From assembly GCA_973895155.1 (NCBI GenBank), contig OZ316891.1, forward strand, positions 3,423,801 through 3,487,800: a stretch of DNA of 64,000 nucleotides, read 5' to 3'. The notes beneath the pieces were generated by a model. It was not told the origin of the DNA, ran no database searches, and saw nothing but the letters and a program-made list of their open reading frames with translations. Shown piece after piece: positions 52,498 to 64,000 of the stretch (the first letter of the stretch is position 1; each line of letters begins with the position of its first letter). The stretch is from Marsupella aquatica. Its lineage: Eukaryota; Plantae; Marchantiophyta. The position numbers and the translations under genes were made by a program.

Positions 52498-55400
52498 AAG
52501 TGTTGCTTTTGTGGAGATGTCGTGTGTTCACGTCCTCTGATAAGCACCTTCGATCAACAAGGTGAGCAGGAGCTGTACTTGCCTCACCAACAGCAACCAA
52601 CCTTAAATTATCAGTTCCCACTCACTGTGTCATTCCATTGGTTCCAGCTAGGGGTCACAGTGTAAACATAGCATGAAACACTCCTAATCAACTTGCTTAC
52701 AAACTACAATATCCAGAAAGAGTGAAAGTCTCACCCTCCAGTGAGCAGCAGAGAGGTAGTTCACTAGATGTGTTGATGTGCAGTTAAACCTCCACTATTG
52801 CTTACTTCTGGTGTATGCTGCTCAGAAGAAGACATATTAGTAGCAGCAAATTGCAAATAATGGCCATAAGCAAACCGTGAGAGTTTGCAAAATGCTACGA
52901 CAAATCCATCACAGCAGTGCTCCACAGGAATGAAACCAAGCAAAATTTGGTGACCTCGGCCAATGACAAGGCCAATGTAGTGAACAATCCTTGACCGATC
53001 ATGATATGGATTGGAATTACAATTAGTCAGCTCTTCTTCTTTGTTTTCTAACTCTGGGGGAAATGAGCATGACCAGGGAATTCTCTGAGAAATAGAAGTG
53101 CACAGGGAAAATGAAATTGGCTCATTCAGCTCTGCAAGATGGACCATTGCAGCATACTTGGACAGTTGTTCCGCAATACATAAAATACCCTAACTTACAT
53201 GCAATTGATACAATCTGCTTCTGTTGGCTGTCCTACAGCTCATGGCAGTGCCGTTGGGACAGGGTAAGTGAATATTGCCATAGCTGAAGCACATTGAGCT
53301 TGCAGCAACAAGTGAAGGAGCATGGCCAAAAGCAGAAAAGACAGACAGGTTTTACAAGAAGAAACTAACAACCGCCAATCTGCTCAAATCCGCTGCATAG
53401 ATCAAACCCTCCGAACTACACAGCCCTCCTTTGAAAACAATCCAATGTGCTTTGGCTGGTGGATGACAAGGACTGGGAGAAGAGGAAACGTCTGCACAAT
53501 CAATCCAAATGACGGTACACAGAGACCAGGCACAGAGAGGATTTGTGCTTAGACAAAAACCACAAATTGTAGCATGGGCGCCATAGCATTCTAGACAAAG
53601 CACAAAACATAGAATCTATGAATCTATGACTCATGGACTAACAAAATGATTGGGTAGCATGGCAAAAGGAAAGACAAATTTCAAAATGACAACATGGCCC
53701 GTTTCCACCATTCATTTGACGTTGCTAGGTGTCCGTAAGATGACTGACCCACAAACAATCCCGACAACCTCATCCGACAGACTGCTTTTCTAGTGTGAAG
53801 AAATACATGATTACAAGCAACACCACGCCTCATCCAAGCAGGGAATTGAAAACATAACCATGTCATTCCTATATTGGACAGTGTCCTCTGCCATTGCACT
53901 GCATAGTTGTTATTCCATGTTGGTTGTCAACAGTTTGTTGGCTTGCCACAACCTAGATAGAACAATAAAATATTGTACATGAATACAACAAGAAAAATCT
54001 GCATACAGCGATGGCCCGGTCACTTGAGGAAAAAACAAAACTAAGAAGGCAGGCACACGGGCAACCGAGAAAAAAAGCTAGTGGCGCCTCGCGGAGAATC
54101 CAGAATGGTAATGCCCTCGCCCAGAAGCTTGGGAAACAAAAGAGAAAAAAGCAAAAACGAGCTACCGACCACCGTCTTGACCAGGCCTGCCACAAGGTAT
54201 GGCTGGAGGCTGTGGTCCCCCCCTCAGTAAAGAAAAGGATGCAGGTTGGAGCACGGGGCACAAGGCATGTTTGGATCCAGGAGGAGCAAAACAGTAATGT
54301 CAAGCAGGAAGTGTGGAGAGACCAATCAGTAAACAAAAATAGGGGAGAACAAACATACATCAGCAGCAACAGGAAACGAGAAAGTTGATTTAGGAGGGAT
54401 TGTAGGGAGAGAGCTTTTGGTGGGCTCGGCTGTGCGTGAAATATCGGGAGATAGATGCGCGAGAGAGTGAGGAGGGTGGCAAGCGGAAGACGGGTTGGGA
54501 CTGGACCCTTGGTGCCGGTGGGTAATATATGGGGTTTCAGCAGACTTGGGGCCAGTTTGAGGAGGATTGAGAAGCGCGCACCCCACGTTCTTGGGTGGTG
54601 GTTGGGTGGGGTTTTGTTTGATTGAAGAAGAAATCACCATTCTCTTCTAGAAGAAAGAAAATCACAGGAAATAGTGGACGGGAGAACAAGGCATGTAATA
54701 GAGAACAACAAGGCATGTAATAGAGACAGTGCGCAGCTCAGCTCCGAGGTCACACTTTACGATGCACAGGGGGTCCTTGGTTGCACGTAGGAGAAGGACT
54801 GAATCACTGTGGCTGCTCTTCCGTACTATCGAAGCACCCGGCTGGCAGCTCCGCAAACACTGATCGTAGCTACAATCTCTACACCGTTGATTGAAGAGCA
54901 GCTGCAGCACAGTAAGGAGCTCCCACAGCCTCCCTCTTCAAAGCTCGGTTGACCTAGCTCTACGATCGACGGAGCATGGGCGCCAGACAAAGCACAAACT
55001 GTACCATGGAGCTGGAGAAAAACACAGAGTAATTGAAGCCTAACAATACCCTTCTCAGCTCCTGATTGAATGAGGAAAAACACATTACAAGACACATTGC
55101 AGGCAATAGGATTTTAACAATGAAGTCTCGCCTGTGCTGACAGAATACCTGCTTACAGCCACGCGTTGCTCATCCTCCCACAGTTCGGTGGCACACTATC
55201 CAGATGGCATGACGCATGCCTTAACTTATGACGATTTGCGCAGCTCAAATCAAGTAGGTTGTCCCCACAAAAAGACAGAGGACAACAAAGAAAAGCAATG
55301 TAGCCGTGATGTCTTACCAGCCCTGACAATGGGAGCTTCAAAGGCGGTGCACTATGGCTGAAATGGCAGCACGCTGCTCGAACACTAAAGCAACACAAAA

Positions 55401-55819
55401 CTTGGACTCTCACCTTATGCAACTCCTGGCTTGTATTCAGCTGGCGTTGGCCCACTCTAAGCTCCTGCGCCGCTCCGACTGCCAGTCGTTCTGTAGACGG
55501 TCTGTATCCTCCCTGACTGCAGCTCCTCCCCGCCCCCAGCTCGTCACCCGCGTCTTCTCCCCAATTTGTGGTGAGCTCCTCCTCGACCACAGCACCCTAA
55601 ACTGCTTTGCCCAGCCTCTGATGGCCTTCACGTTGTTACCGATTGTCGCTCCCCACAAAGTCCACAATCCATAAACCAGGCAGATAGTGCGCCCGTAGAA
55701 CAGATGCAACCCGCATGCAGCTTCACCAGCTCAATGGCAGCTCAACAGCTTAAGGGTGCAGCAAAAGGGCGTTGAATAGGTTGTCTCACCTCACCCTTCG
55801 AGAGCCGGTCATTGCAGCA

Positions 55820-56035
55820 TCCCTAAACTCCCGATCCCTCTTCTCGGATTCCACAGAGCCGACCACAAGAAAATGGGAACACTAAACCTCACTGTAGAGA
55901 CGTTCCCACCAAGATTACACGGAAAACCTTGCTCCGATCCCTAAGCTCCCAATCCCATCGAGAGAACACGATAAAACCTTGCTCCAATCCCTAAACTCCC
56001 GATCCCACCAAGAGAACACAATAAACCTTGCTCCG
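55820..56035. repeat. About 50-bp tandem repeat (AAACCTTGCTCC.ATCCCTAA.CTCCC.ATCCC) in the CACTA 5' region
   Basis: Units start near 55923, 55973 and 56023, with a partial unit at 55820. Confidence 0.75.
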
Positions 56036-57303
56036 CAAGTTGGGAATGTGGCGGGATCCCTAAACACATCAACAACCTGCTAAGTGTAAGCAAAGTTGCA
56101 TAACCGGCTTGTTCCCTTCCAACGGTCGCGCGACTCGGGTGTCCAAACGGTACTGCAAGCGGTACAGGCCCCTAGCTTGGGATACCCTTACCAAAGTCAC
56201 TGGTGTTGCCGACATGGTAACGGCAAGATTATCCTGACCCTCCATAAACCCCCTCCATTCACTCAAGTGTTGTGAGTGACAACTTAGTGTAGTGTCGCTA
56301 AACAAATACTTTGGCCTTAGCAAATATCTGTGGTGATCGAACTTCATTAAACCAAACCTCTTTTGGTCACAAATAAGGCCATTTAATGAGTGATGCCCCT
56401 TGTCATCACCCTCTTAATTTATGCAATTACCCCTCCTGAACACAATTGAACGTTGTCCAAATTGCCTACCCTCATGAATAATTTGTCAATTATCTTTCCC
56501 GACATATATGATGTCAATGGACATGATGGGGAACATGATGTCAATGGACATGATGCCAACGATCCAATGGTTCCTAAACCCCCATCCCCTTAACATGCAA
56601 CCCCCGACCCTTGACATCAAACCCCCCTAAACCCCCTTTAGTGAAAACCCAGCCACCCCCTAGCCTTGACATATAAACCCCCTAAACGTCTTCACAACTC
56701 GACTGTGGCCAGACTATCTTTGCAATGCCAAGGGCCATTTTTAGAGTGCATGCCGCTTGCAAGCTCAGGCTCTCAAGATCCTCCCAAGGCAGCAAACAAG
56801 TTAGGGTCCCTAAACATGTTCCTTTACCCTAAACCATTGCGTCACTATTTCAATCGAGTGTTCTTTGCCTGGACAACCCCCTAACCCTAAACCCACACCC
56901 CCTTGAGACCGGTACAAATCTACCTTTGTGCATCTTGGCCTTTTATTGATGGAGTTAGTAATCGATCCCTCCGTAGTCCACCCTCCATGAACCTCACTCC
57001 AAAACCTTTTTTGTCACAAATAAGGCCATTTATTGAGTTATGCCCCTTGCTATCTCCCTCTTTACAGAATTACCCCTCCTCAACATAAGTGAACATTACC
57101 CATGATGTGCTAGACTATTCACCGTTCACAAAGTAGCAAGGTTACTTCTCATAGTCTTTTAGTGAACCATAAAACACTAATAGTCTTTTGTAGTCTTCAA
57201 CAAAACTGGTGCAATGGGTGCGAGTCGTTTCAAGTATGGAAAAAGGACTTAGTGAGCTTAGTCCTATAAGGTATGGTCTAAATTGCCCCGGTTTCTACTA
57301 GTG

Positions 57304-57925
57304 AGCGAGAAATCTGTATTGGACCTCCAACATAATTTGACTGCACAAACAAACGTCCAATGTTACCATTATGAACACCATGCAGGTAGGAACAATCGCT
57401 CGACCAAATTGCCATTCGTACCCCAATACCCCACTCATACCCCAATACCCCACCGCACTTAGAGCTAAGATACTTACCTTGCATTCTGTACAAGCACTTT
57501 GCATGTTGGCTGATTGGAGATCTGCCAATAATTTGATTTGATCATGTTGATTGAGAACATCTCTTAGGAGCGACGCCGTCAGAGTTCTTCTTATCTTCAG
57601 TTGCTTGCAGGAAAGAAAGGCTAGGGTGCACTGCATATTGACGTAAACGGAGAAGTACGGACAACATATTTTGATCGGGAGCCTCCTCGATGCCCTCTAT
57701 ATATTTCTACAACAGGAGAAAGAATACAAGAAAATTAAGTAGGTTAGGATCTTAGATGGGATGCAAACTGAACAACATTGGGTACGTAGTCACTTCCAAA
57801 GCGCCTTACCCTAAATATTGTAGCAATCTGCTCCTGCATATCAAAATAGGCATCACGTTCTGCTTCAGTCCTCCATTCCACTATTACCACCTGAGAGTGC
57901 TTTACCGGCAACTGAAGAATGCCTG
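57304..57925 (-). pseudogene. RAD5/RAD16-like SNF2-RING helicase pseudogene, 5' part (end of SNF2_N + RING N-half)
   Basis: ILQLPVKHSQVVIVEWRTEAERDAY, NMLSVLLRLRQYAVHPSL, CTEC, GPIQISR; joins 40243 in frame after removing the CACTA. Confidence 0.85.
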
Positions 57926-58595
57926 TACATGAACACAATGAGACCATCAGTGCATCATTTGCTAACAGAGTCAACCTAACGGACAAATGATGTCAACAAC
58001 GACAACATACATGTCAACCCGTGCTTGCAACCACTTACCCGAAAGATGCACCCCGTGCACGGCTCGGGTAGTGCGTTTGGCCAAGCGTTGACACCCATAC
58101 ACGAGATTCACACATATGCACACGCACAAGCATACAATCTCGATTTACACAAAGGAAATAATGGGAAAGGATTTTACTACATAGGGGACATACACGTACA
58201 CTTAGTTGACCTGAAAGCTCTTGAATGAACAGGTCCAAGGCCGAGGGTGTACACTACAACGGAGCTCGGCTCCGCACTCGCCCAGCAAGCTTAGTCCTAC
58301 CCCCTCCCCTTGGTACTCTTTCACTCATAGAGGTCGGGACTCCCCGCACATACCGCGGATGTCCAACTCTGAGACTAAAAACCCCCTACCTCTACCGAGG
58401 GGTGCACTAAATACTAAGGGCCAAGGTCCGGAGTGGCCTTGAGCCCAAATATTCACTAACTAAGATCCTAACTAAGTTGGCTGTCAGGCCGAAAAACAAC
58501 TTGTCTTATTAGAAGATTCTAATCTACGCAGGCTAGATAGTATGGCAACACCGCTTTAACTAGGCAGGCGCTTGTCCCTATAGCCCGATTTAGCT

Positions 58596-58893
58596 CTTGG
58601 GGGTTTCACTTTCACAAAAATGGCATATCACGTGCGACGAAGGATAGGGTCATTTTATTGGTTCTAAGGGAAGACTTAAGAATTTTTGTAGAAGAACAAT
58701 AGGGTCTTTTAAATTCAATTTTGAGACTTATAAGAACATTAGGGTCTTTTTAATCCAATCTTTAGAATATTCCAAGAATATTCCAACTTTATAGGGGTTA
58801 AAAAATAATATTTTTTTCTTAAATTTTAGGGGGTCCGAGGCCTAAAAACGTCGCAGGCAATGGGAAGGGTCCCCATATAGTGAGACCCCTGAG
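58596..58893 (-). mobile_element. MITE family B, 298 bp, 8-bp TSD ATTTAGCT
   Basis: ATTTAGCT|CTTGGGGGTTTCACT ... AGTGAGACCCCTGAG|ATTTAGCT. Confidence 0.88.
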
Positions 58894-58933
58894 ATTTAGC
58901 TACTCCTAACTCTATTTTAATCCTACTCTGCCG

Positions 58934-60816
58934 CTAATGTCTGGCACGCTTGCCAGAGCCGCCCGAGTGGGAGCAACTATCCCGCTGCCTCCTGAGCCTG
59001 TTGGCATCCTGCTTGAGTAGCTGGACCTGGTCCAGCAAAGAGTTGTTCTCACGCTTTGCCGCGTCCATCTCTTCTGCGGCCTCTTGACATGCCTCCTCTA
59101 GTTGCTGGACGTCGCTCGTCAGCTTATCCACCAATTGGGTTTGCTTCGTGGCTTCTTCTTGAAGCCGCGCCACCTCTGTCTTCAGGGTGTCAATCTCGGC
59201 TGCATCCTGCTAAGACCGAGAGTCAGCTTCCTCCAGATCTTTCTTCCAAATGACGGCTTGTCCCTTCAAACCGTCAATCTTGGTCCAGAGCCGTGCGATC
59301 TTGGAGTCCTTTTCGAGCCCGGCCTGCTCTGCTAAGGCTGCCGGGCCTTGGCCTCGGCAACCTGATCCTCCGTGGCCGTTACCTAAGGTCGTAGTTGCTA
59401 GAGTTCAGTCTCCAAGGCTACCACTTTGTCCTTCAGGTAGACAGATTCAACCTGGTACCGCTCTATTCTCTACGCTGTCTCAGCTTGCGCATGTCCTGAC
59501 TTTACAGCCGCAACCAACTCCTCGTTGAAGAAGTAGGCCACCTTCCGTGCCATGTATTCCCCGGTATCCCGTGTGATTTGTTGAGAGAAATCTCCCAACA
59601 ACCCGTTCAGAAACGTGCCCGGCGTAAAGAGTTATGGGTGATCCAGACTATGCCCATCTGGATTTGGGCACAGGCAGACCCCATCCCGCGAGGGAGTAGG
59701 AGTGGAAACATGCAGCCCTTGAGGTAAGTCAGTCAAAGGGGCTGGTTCCCCTGGGGCTGGGTGGTCCTCCTGCACAGTCGTGGGAGGTGACGGGATTTCC
59801 TCGGCCATTGTAGTATCGGGTTCGGGTCTGGCCTCAACCGGCCCGACTTTGATTGTGTTGACCTGGTTGATTGCTTCCAAGGTCGCGATAACTGTGTCCA
59901 TGGGTACGCTTGGCGGGGCGGTAGCGGCTGGTGGCGGGGTCGGGGAAGCAGGTCTTGCGACAGCCAGGTTGTGGGCCTCGGGCTGCGGTCGCCTCTCCTG
60001 AGCCGGGAACACCCACTTTGACGGATTCAATTCCGTCTCGTTGCTACAGGGAAGGCTTTGGCGGTCAAAACGGGCATACCACTTGATGATGATCTTGATA
60101 TGGCTCACGAAGTACGCCTTTCCGCCAAGGTATAAGGTCTTCCTTCTCCGCTCCATCTCCTCGTGGAACTTTTTAACAAAGAAGGATGCCCACTTCCTAG
60201 GCCGAAAGTTCTCTACTTGTATGACCTGGGCGGCGGATATTTTGCCCCATGGTTCCATCTTGTGGAGGGCATACCGCTGGAACTCCAAGCGTTCTTCTAC
60301 CTCCGGGATGAGGCACGTCCTCATCAAGAATCCATTGTCCACTGCTCCCTTGGCCGGGAAGCTAGAGGACTGATATTTAGCTCCCTTGCCCCCAGGAGCC
60401 CGAGACTCTACCCGGTTTATCCCCTCGGGTAGGCCAAAAATCATCTTCAAATGTGCCTCATTGAGACACATCACTCTCCCGTGCGCCCGGGTTTGTTGAC
60501 GGGCCTCATCAAAGTTCTGAATGAACTCCGTCATATCCTACCCGTAGTACCTGCTTCCATTCTAAGGGAGAGAGGCGAGGTGCTCAAACCCTTGGGTCTT
60601 CAGGTAGCATGCATGCTTGGGGTGGAGGATATTCTAGTGAACGTTCTCCCCCATGCGATGCATGGTCAGCTTGGCCACTGCAGCCGTGGCTAAAGGCAAC
60701 CCGGATATAGCTGTAGGTTCCTTTCTCTTTCTACCCCGAGACTGATTCCCGGGGTGACTAGAAGAGGGGGACATCTCCCCATCCTCCCGGTCGGGCGGCG
60801 GTAGTGCTACTGCCAT
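58934..60816 (-). pseudogene. Decayed ORF of the GC-rich mobile element family, paralogue of 12608-15314
   Basis: EFIQNFD..LNEAHLKMIFGLP / EFISNFD..LTEHRLAQIFCLP; QVENFRPRKWASFF / QVEQYKRRNWAQFF; SHIKIIIKWYAR / SHIAIILAWYKAR; C-terminal coiled coil. Downstream non-coding motif AGGTCGGGACTCCCCG is shared (about 12195 and 58330). Confidence 0.7.
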
Positions 60817-61370
60817 GAGAAATTTGGTGTCGGGGCCGCTAGAGTCACCGTGTTATCCCCTCGGGCTTGCTGGAGTGGCGCCGAGTTGCTTGGCGCCTGT
60901 TGAGTCCTACCTCGCGACCATTGATTCAAAGGAGGGTGAGCTTCCTTGTCTTTGGAGCTAATATTCACCGCATTTACCACGGATCGTACTCAGAGAGGTG
61001 GTGCTACCGATGGTGGAGATCGACTTGGCTGAGCCGAGGTAGTGTTGGTGCGATCACAAATGGGTTGGTGCCAGTTGCGGCTGGTGGAGGCGCCATGAGA
61101 TTCAAGTAGTCCTTGGGGAAGTCGAGTGATGTTAGGATAGGAGTCTCACTTGTTTGAGCAGGGCCAAACTGACAATTGATGGAGGCTTGAACCTGGGTGG
61201 GAATATGGTCGTAATGGTGTGACTGCAAGTCTATTGTGCCCGGGAGATGGTAAACCTTGTCCGAAAGCCGAAGAAGTGCTTCCCAAAATCCGACGTACTT
61301 CTCGTCGACAAAGAAGTATTTGCTGTTTTTGTCGACTTGGCAAAGCTCACTCTGAAAAGGGAGGGCAAAG

Positions 61371-61716
61371 GGTCAATTGCAAGCTTGAGAGGGGCAAAAA
61401 GGATATCCAGTTTCTCCACCAAAAGGATTCTAGTCCTTCCCAATTTACAAGGGGTGGACAAGGTGTTACACCAAATGGCTAGGATTAGTTTGTTGAGATT
61501 GGATGGTGAGATCTTGCATGCCAAGTCTTTGGAAGTGTGTCCAGGCTTTTAGGAAGTCCCAATCTTCTTGGAAGTGTGCACAACAATTTTGGAAGTGTGT
61601 CAAACCTTTATGGAAGTGGTGTTCAACTAAATCTTTATGATCTTTGAGTCCTTTTTCTCTCCTTTTTGAGCTAATCCTTTTTGCATCCTTTTCCCCCCTC
61701 AATCTTGCAATTGACC
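61371..61716 (+). mobile_element. MITE family A, diverged subfamily, 346 bp, TSD AAAG
   Basis: AAAG|GGTCAATTGCAAGCTTGAG ... CTCAATCTTGCAATTGACC|AAAG; body alignable with 11666-12034. Confidence 0.88.
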
Positions 61717-62731
61717 AAAGTCGTCGTTATAGTGATTTCGGCCGGCTAAACGAATGGCTCTCTCGTAAGCTCGTTTGGTCTCGTATTGGCGCGGGTTGAC
61801 TTTGGCTAAGGACTTGGCTAAGTGACTTCCTACGAATAGGAATTGCAACCAACATCAAAGGGCCAAACTAGACAATATCGTGACAGACATCCAGGAGTGA
61901 CGGTGGGCAACTAAGGAGGGACAAAGTGGCTGAGGTCGAAGCTAGTGCACGGAATGGAGTGTGAGTGTAATGCGAGAGAATGGCCCTCCTTTTATACTCT
62001 GAGGGCTCATCGTCCGACCGGCCCCTCCTCCCTTCCAATAGGCCGAGATTTTCACGCTCATAGTGTACTAGCCACTCGCGGGTCCGGTTCAGAGCGTGTC
62101 AGCAGCCACCTCCAAGAATTTGTTATACGGACCCAAGTGTCCCCTTACACGCTCGTAACCTGGGAGTATGAATGACGCTCCGCCACCATCCCGAACGTAA
62201 ATGCCTCTTATTAACTAATGATTCCCTAGTCATAAGTACTACCTACTTAGTGTCGTTATGCTAATAACTACGACCTACGGTGCCCCTAAAGGGGCGCGCT
62301 AAGCACGACTAGGCCGAATCAATCATTAACCGCCGTGCTGGTAGCGTCACATAATCTAAAGTATAAGTCTTTGGGTTGGATGAACCTTACAGCTCCAGAC
62401 CACTCAAAGAACAACAACATAAACCTAATTTGGACCGGTATGTCATACCATATCCACTCACAATCGTCTGGGCGAATGGCCCTCTTGTTGATCATCCCTG
62501 TTGCAGCTAAAATAATACAAAGATTTTCTAAACCCATAGCTTCATTAATTTCAATAGCATTCTGGGATACTACTTCTATTCCGTGAATACACTTTAGAAA
62601 TTCACGCTCACCTTCTTAAGTTGTTCCAACTTCTTCTTGTGCACCGGATCAGCTAGTGCGCATGCCTCCTTCAATAATTTAGCAACCATGGCCGCCTCAT
62701 CTCTCAAGCTCTGTACTTCCAGATCCCAGGC

Positions 62732-63100
62732 GGTCAAGTGCAAGCTAGAGGGGTACTGAAAGGATCTCCATTTTCTCCACCAAAAGGACATAGGTCCTTG
62801 GTAAAAGCAATCACTAGAGGACAAAAAGACCAAAATGTTACATGGAATGGCCAAGATTGTTTTGGTGAGATTGAAAGGTAAGATCTTGCATGCCAAATCT
62901 TTGGAAGTGTGTCCACATATTTCGGAATTTAAGAAGAGTGCCCAATCTTTTTGGAAGTGTGCACAATCTTTTTGGAAGTGTGCCCAACCTTTTTGGGAGT
63001 GTGCTCAGCTAAATCTTAATGACATTTATACTCCTTTCACTCTCCTTTTTGAGCTAGTCCTTGGGGACTCCTTTGGTACCCCTCTAGCTTGCTTTTGACC
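62732..63100 (+). mobile_element. MITE family A, 369 bp, flanks do not form a TSD
   Basis: Near-identical to 11666-12034; left flank AGGC, right flank TCTA. Confidence 0.9.
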
Positions 63101-64000
63101 TCTAGCATTTGAGACTTTGAAGCTTTCCTTATATGTCCTTCAAAGATCGATAAAAGGACTTGTCACGCAACGAGTCACATCATTTCAGGACTCGAAAGGA
63201 CTCTAAAACTTGCATTTTAGACAATGAAATTTTACCAAGGCATGCATACTAATAGAATAATCTTATATTTGAAAACTCAAATATTGACACACACTAAACC
63301 TTTATGTATAGGACAAAAATAATCAGTAATTTTGGCTTATTTAGGGCCATCAATAATAGGATCCCTTAAAAAAGATAAAAACTTGATTTATCTACATGGT
63401 GAGGTAGGTTACACCATGTAAAATAGTCTTGTGAAAAAATTAGACTTAAATGTCTTGAGATAAAATCATGATGAAGCTTTTTCCATGTTACAAAAGTCAT
63501 TTTTCACTAAAAAAACATGTTTTTGAGTCCTGAAAGTGGTTCCTGTGAGGTACACCCAATTGTGAATGAGGCCATTTCAGCTTCTAACATCTTTGAAACT
63601 TCCTTTGTTGAGTCCGTTGTTGAAGACCCTAGCATCTGTGGTCCAAGGACCTTGTCTGCATTCACTTGATACATAGTTTCAATCATTCTAGTGCATTGTA
63701 AACAACAGAATAGATTCAATCATTTAATGTTTTTGACTGATGACTATAATGTCCTATAAAACTAGGCCGGAATGATAGATAGTTCTCTATCATTTTATTG
63801 TTAAAAAGTTAGACTCCTATTTAAGTAATTTCCCCAATCACATTAATTGACTTGGTTTTGCAGTGTCTAGTGGGCTTGCACAATAGTGTTAATTATGCAC
63901 TCTTGTGTACATAGCATTGTGTGTGTATTATGAATGTTGTTTTATGTCTTGAATGGTGTATATCAATGTGAGTTGTGTATGGATGTGTGTACTCATGAAA

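Larger units (their letters stand above)
40247..57303 (-). mobile_element. Full-length CACTA (En/Spm) DNA transposon, 17,057 bp, TSD AGC
   Basis: Left end CACTAGTAGAAACCGGGGGGTATTTAGACC; right end reverse complement CACTAGTAGAAACCGGGGCAATTTAGACC (18 bp perfect). AGC at 40244-40246 and 57304-57306. Encodes TNP2 and TnpA-like proteins. Confidence 0.96.

Noticed and set aside
54011-54388. Lys/Arg-rich plus-strand ORF inside the CACTA
   Set aside because: Low-complexity and antisense to all other element genes; no domain recognised
56560-56900. CCCTAAA/CCCTAA telomere-like motifs
   Set aside because: Scattered single motifs in a C-rich region, not an array; at most telo-box-like
63100-64000. 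GACT-rich sequence resembling another CACTA subterminal region
   Set aside because: No CACTA terminus or transposase visible in the window

Overview
Eukaryotic, intron-containing, TE-rich land-plant DNA; a non-seed plant such as a bryophyte is my inference, not proven. Host genes: the 3' six exons of a GH3 beta-xylosidase (83-3646, +), a tandem family of novel acidic-repeat proteins with a spliced basic NLS-like tail (two intact copies, one decayed), and an intronless fungal-type monocarboxylate MFS transporter (33982-35406, -). The centrepiece is an apparently intact 17,057-bp CACTA/En-Spm transposon (40247-57303, CACTA TIRs, AGC TSD) inserted into the RING finger of a RAD5/16-like SNF2 pseudogene. 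Besides TNP2 and TnpA-like genes it carries co-oriented cargo ORFs: a stand-alone EDM2-type composite PHD finger, a tandem BRCT protein resembling the DNA polymerase lambda BRCT, an F-box-only protein and a Cys/His-rich ORF. Together these are a candidate transposon-encoded chromatin/NHEJ/ubiquitin host-manipulation module. Also present: a GGTCAA-ended MITE family with 4-bp TSDs (5 copies, all in or beside one GC-rich element family), a second MITE family with 8-bp TSDs, a truncated LINE-like insertion, Gypsy integrase debris, and G3BP-like and CML pseudogene fragments. All family assignments are motif recognition by eye; no searches were run.
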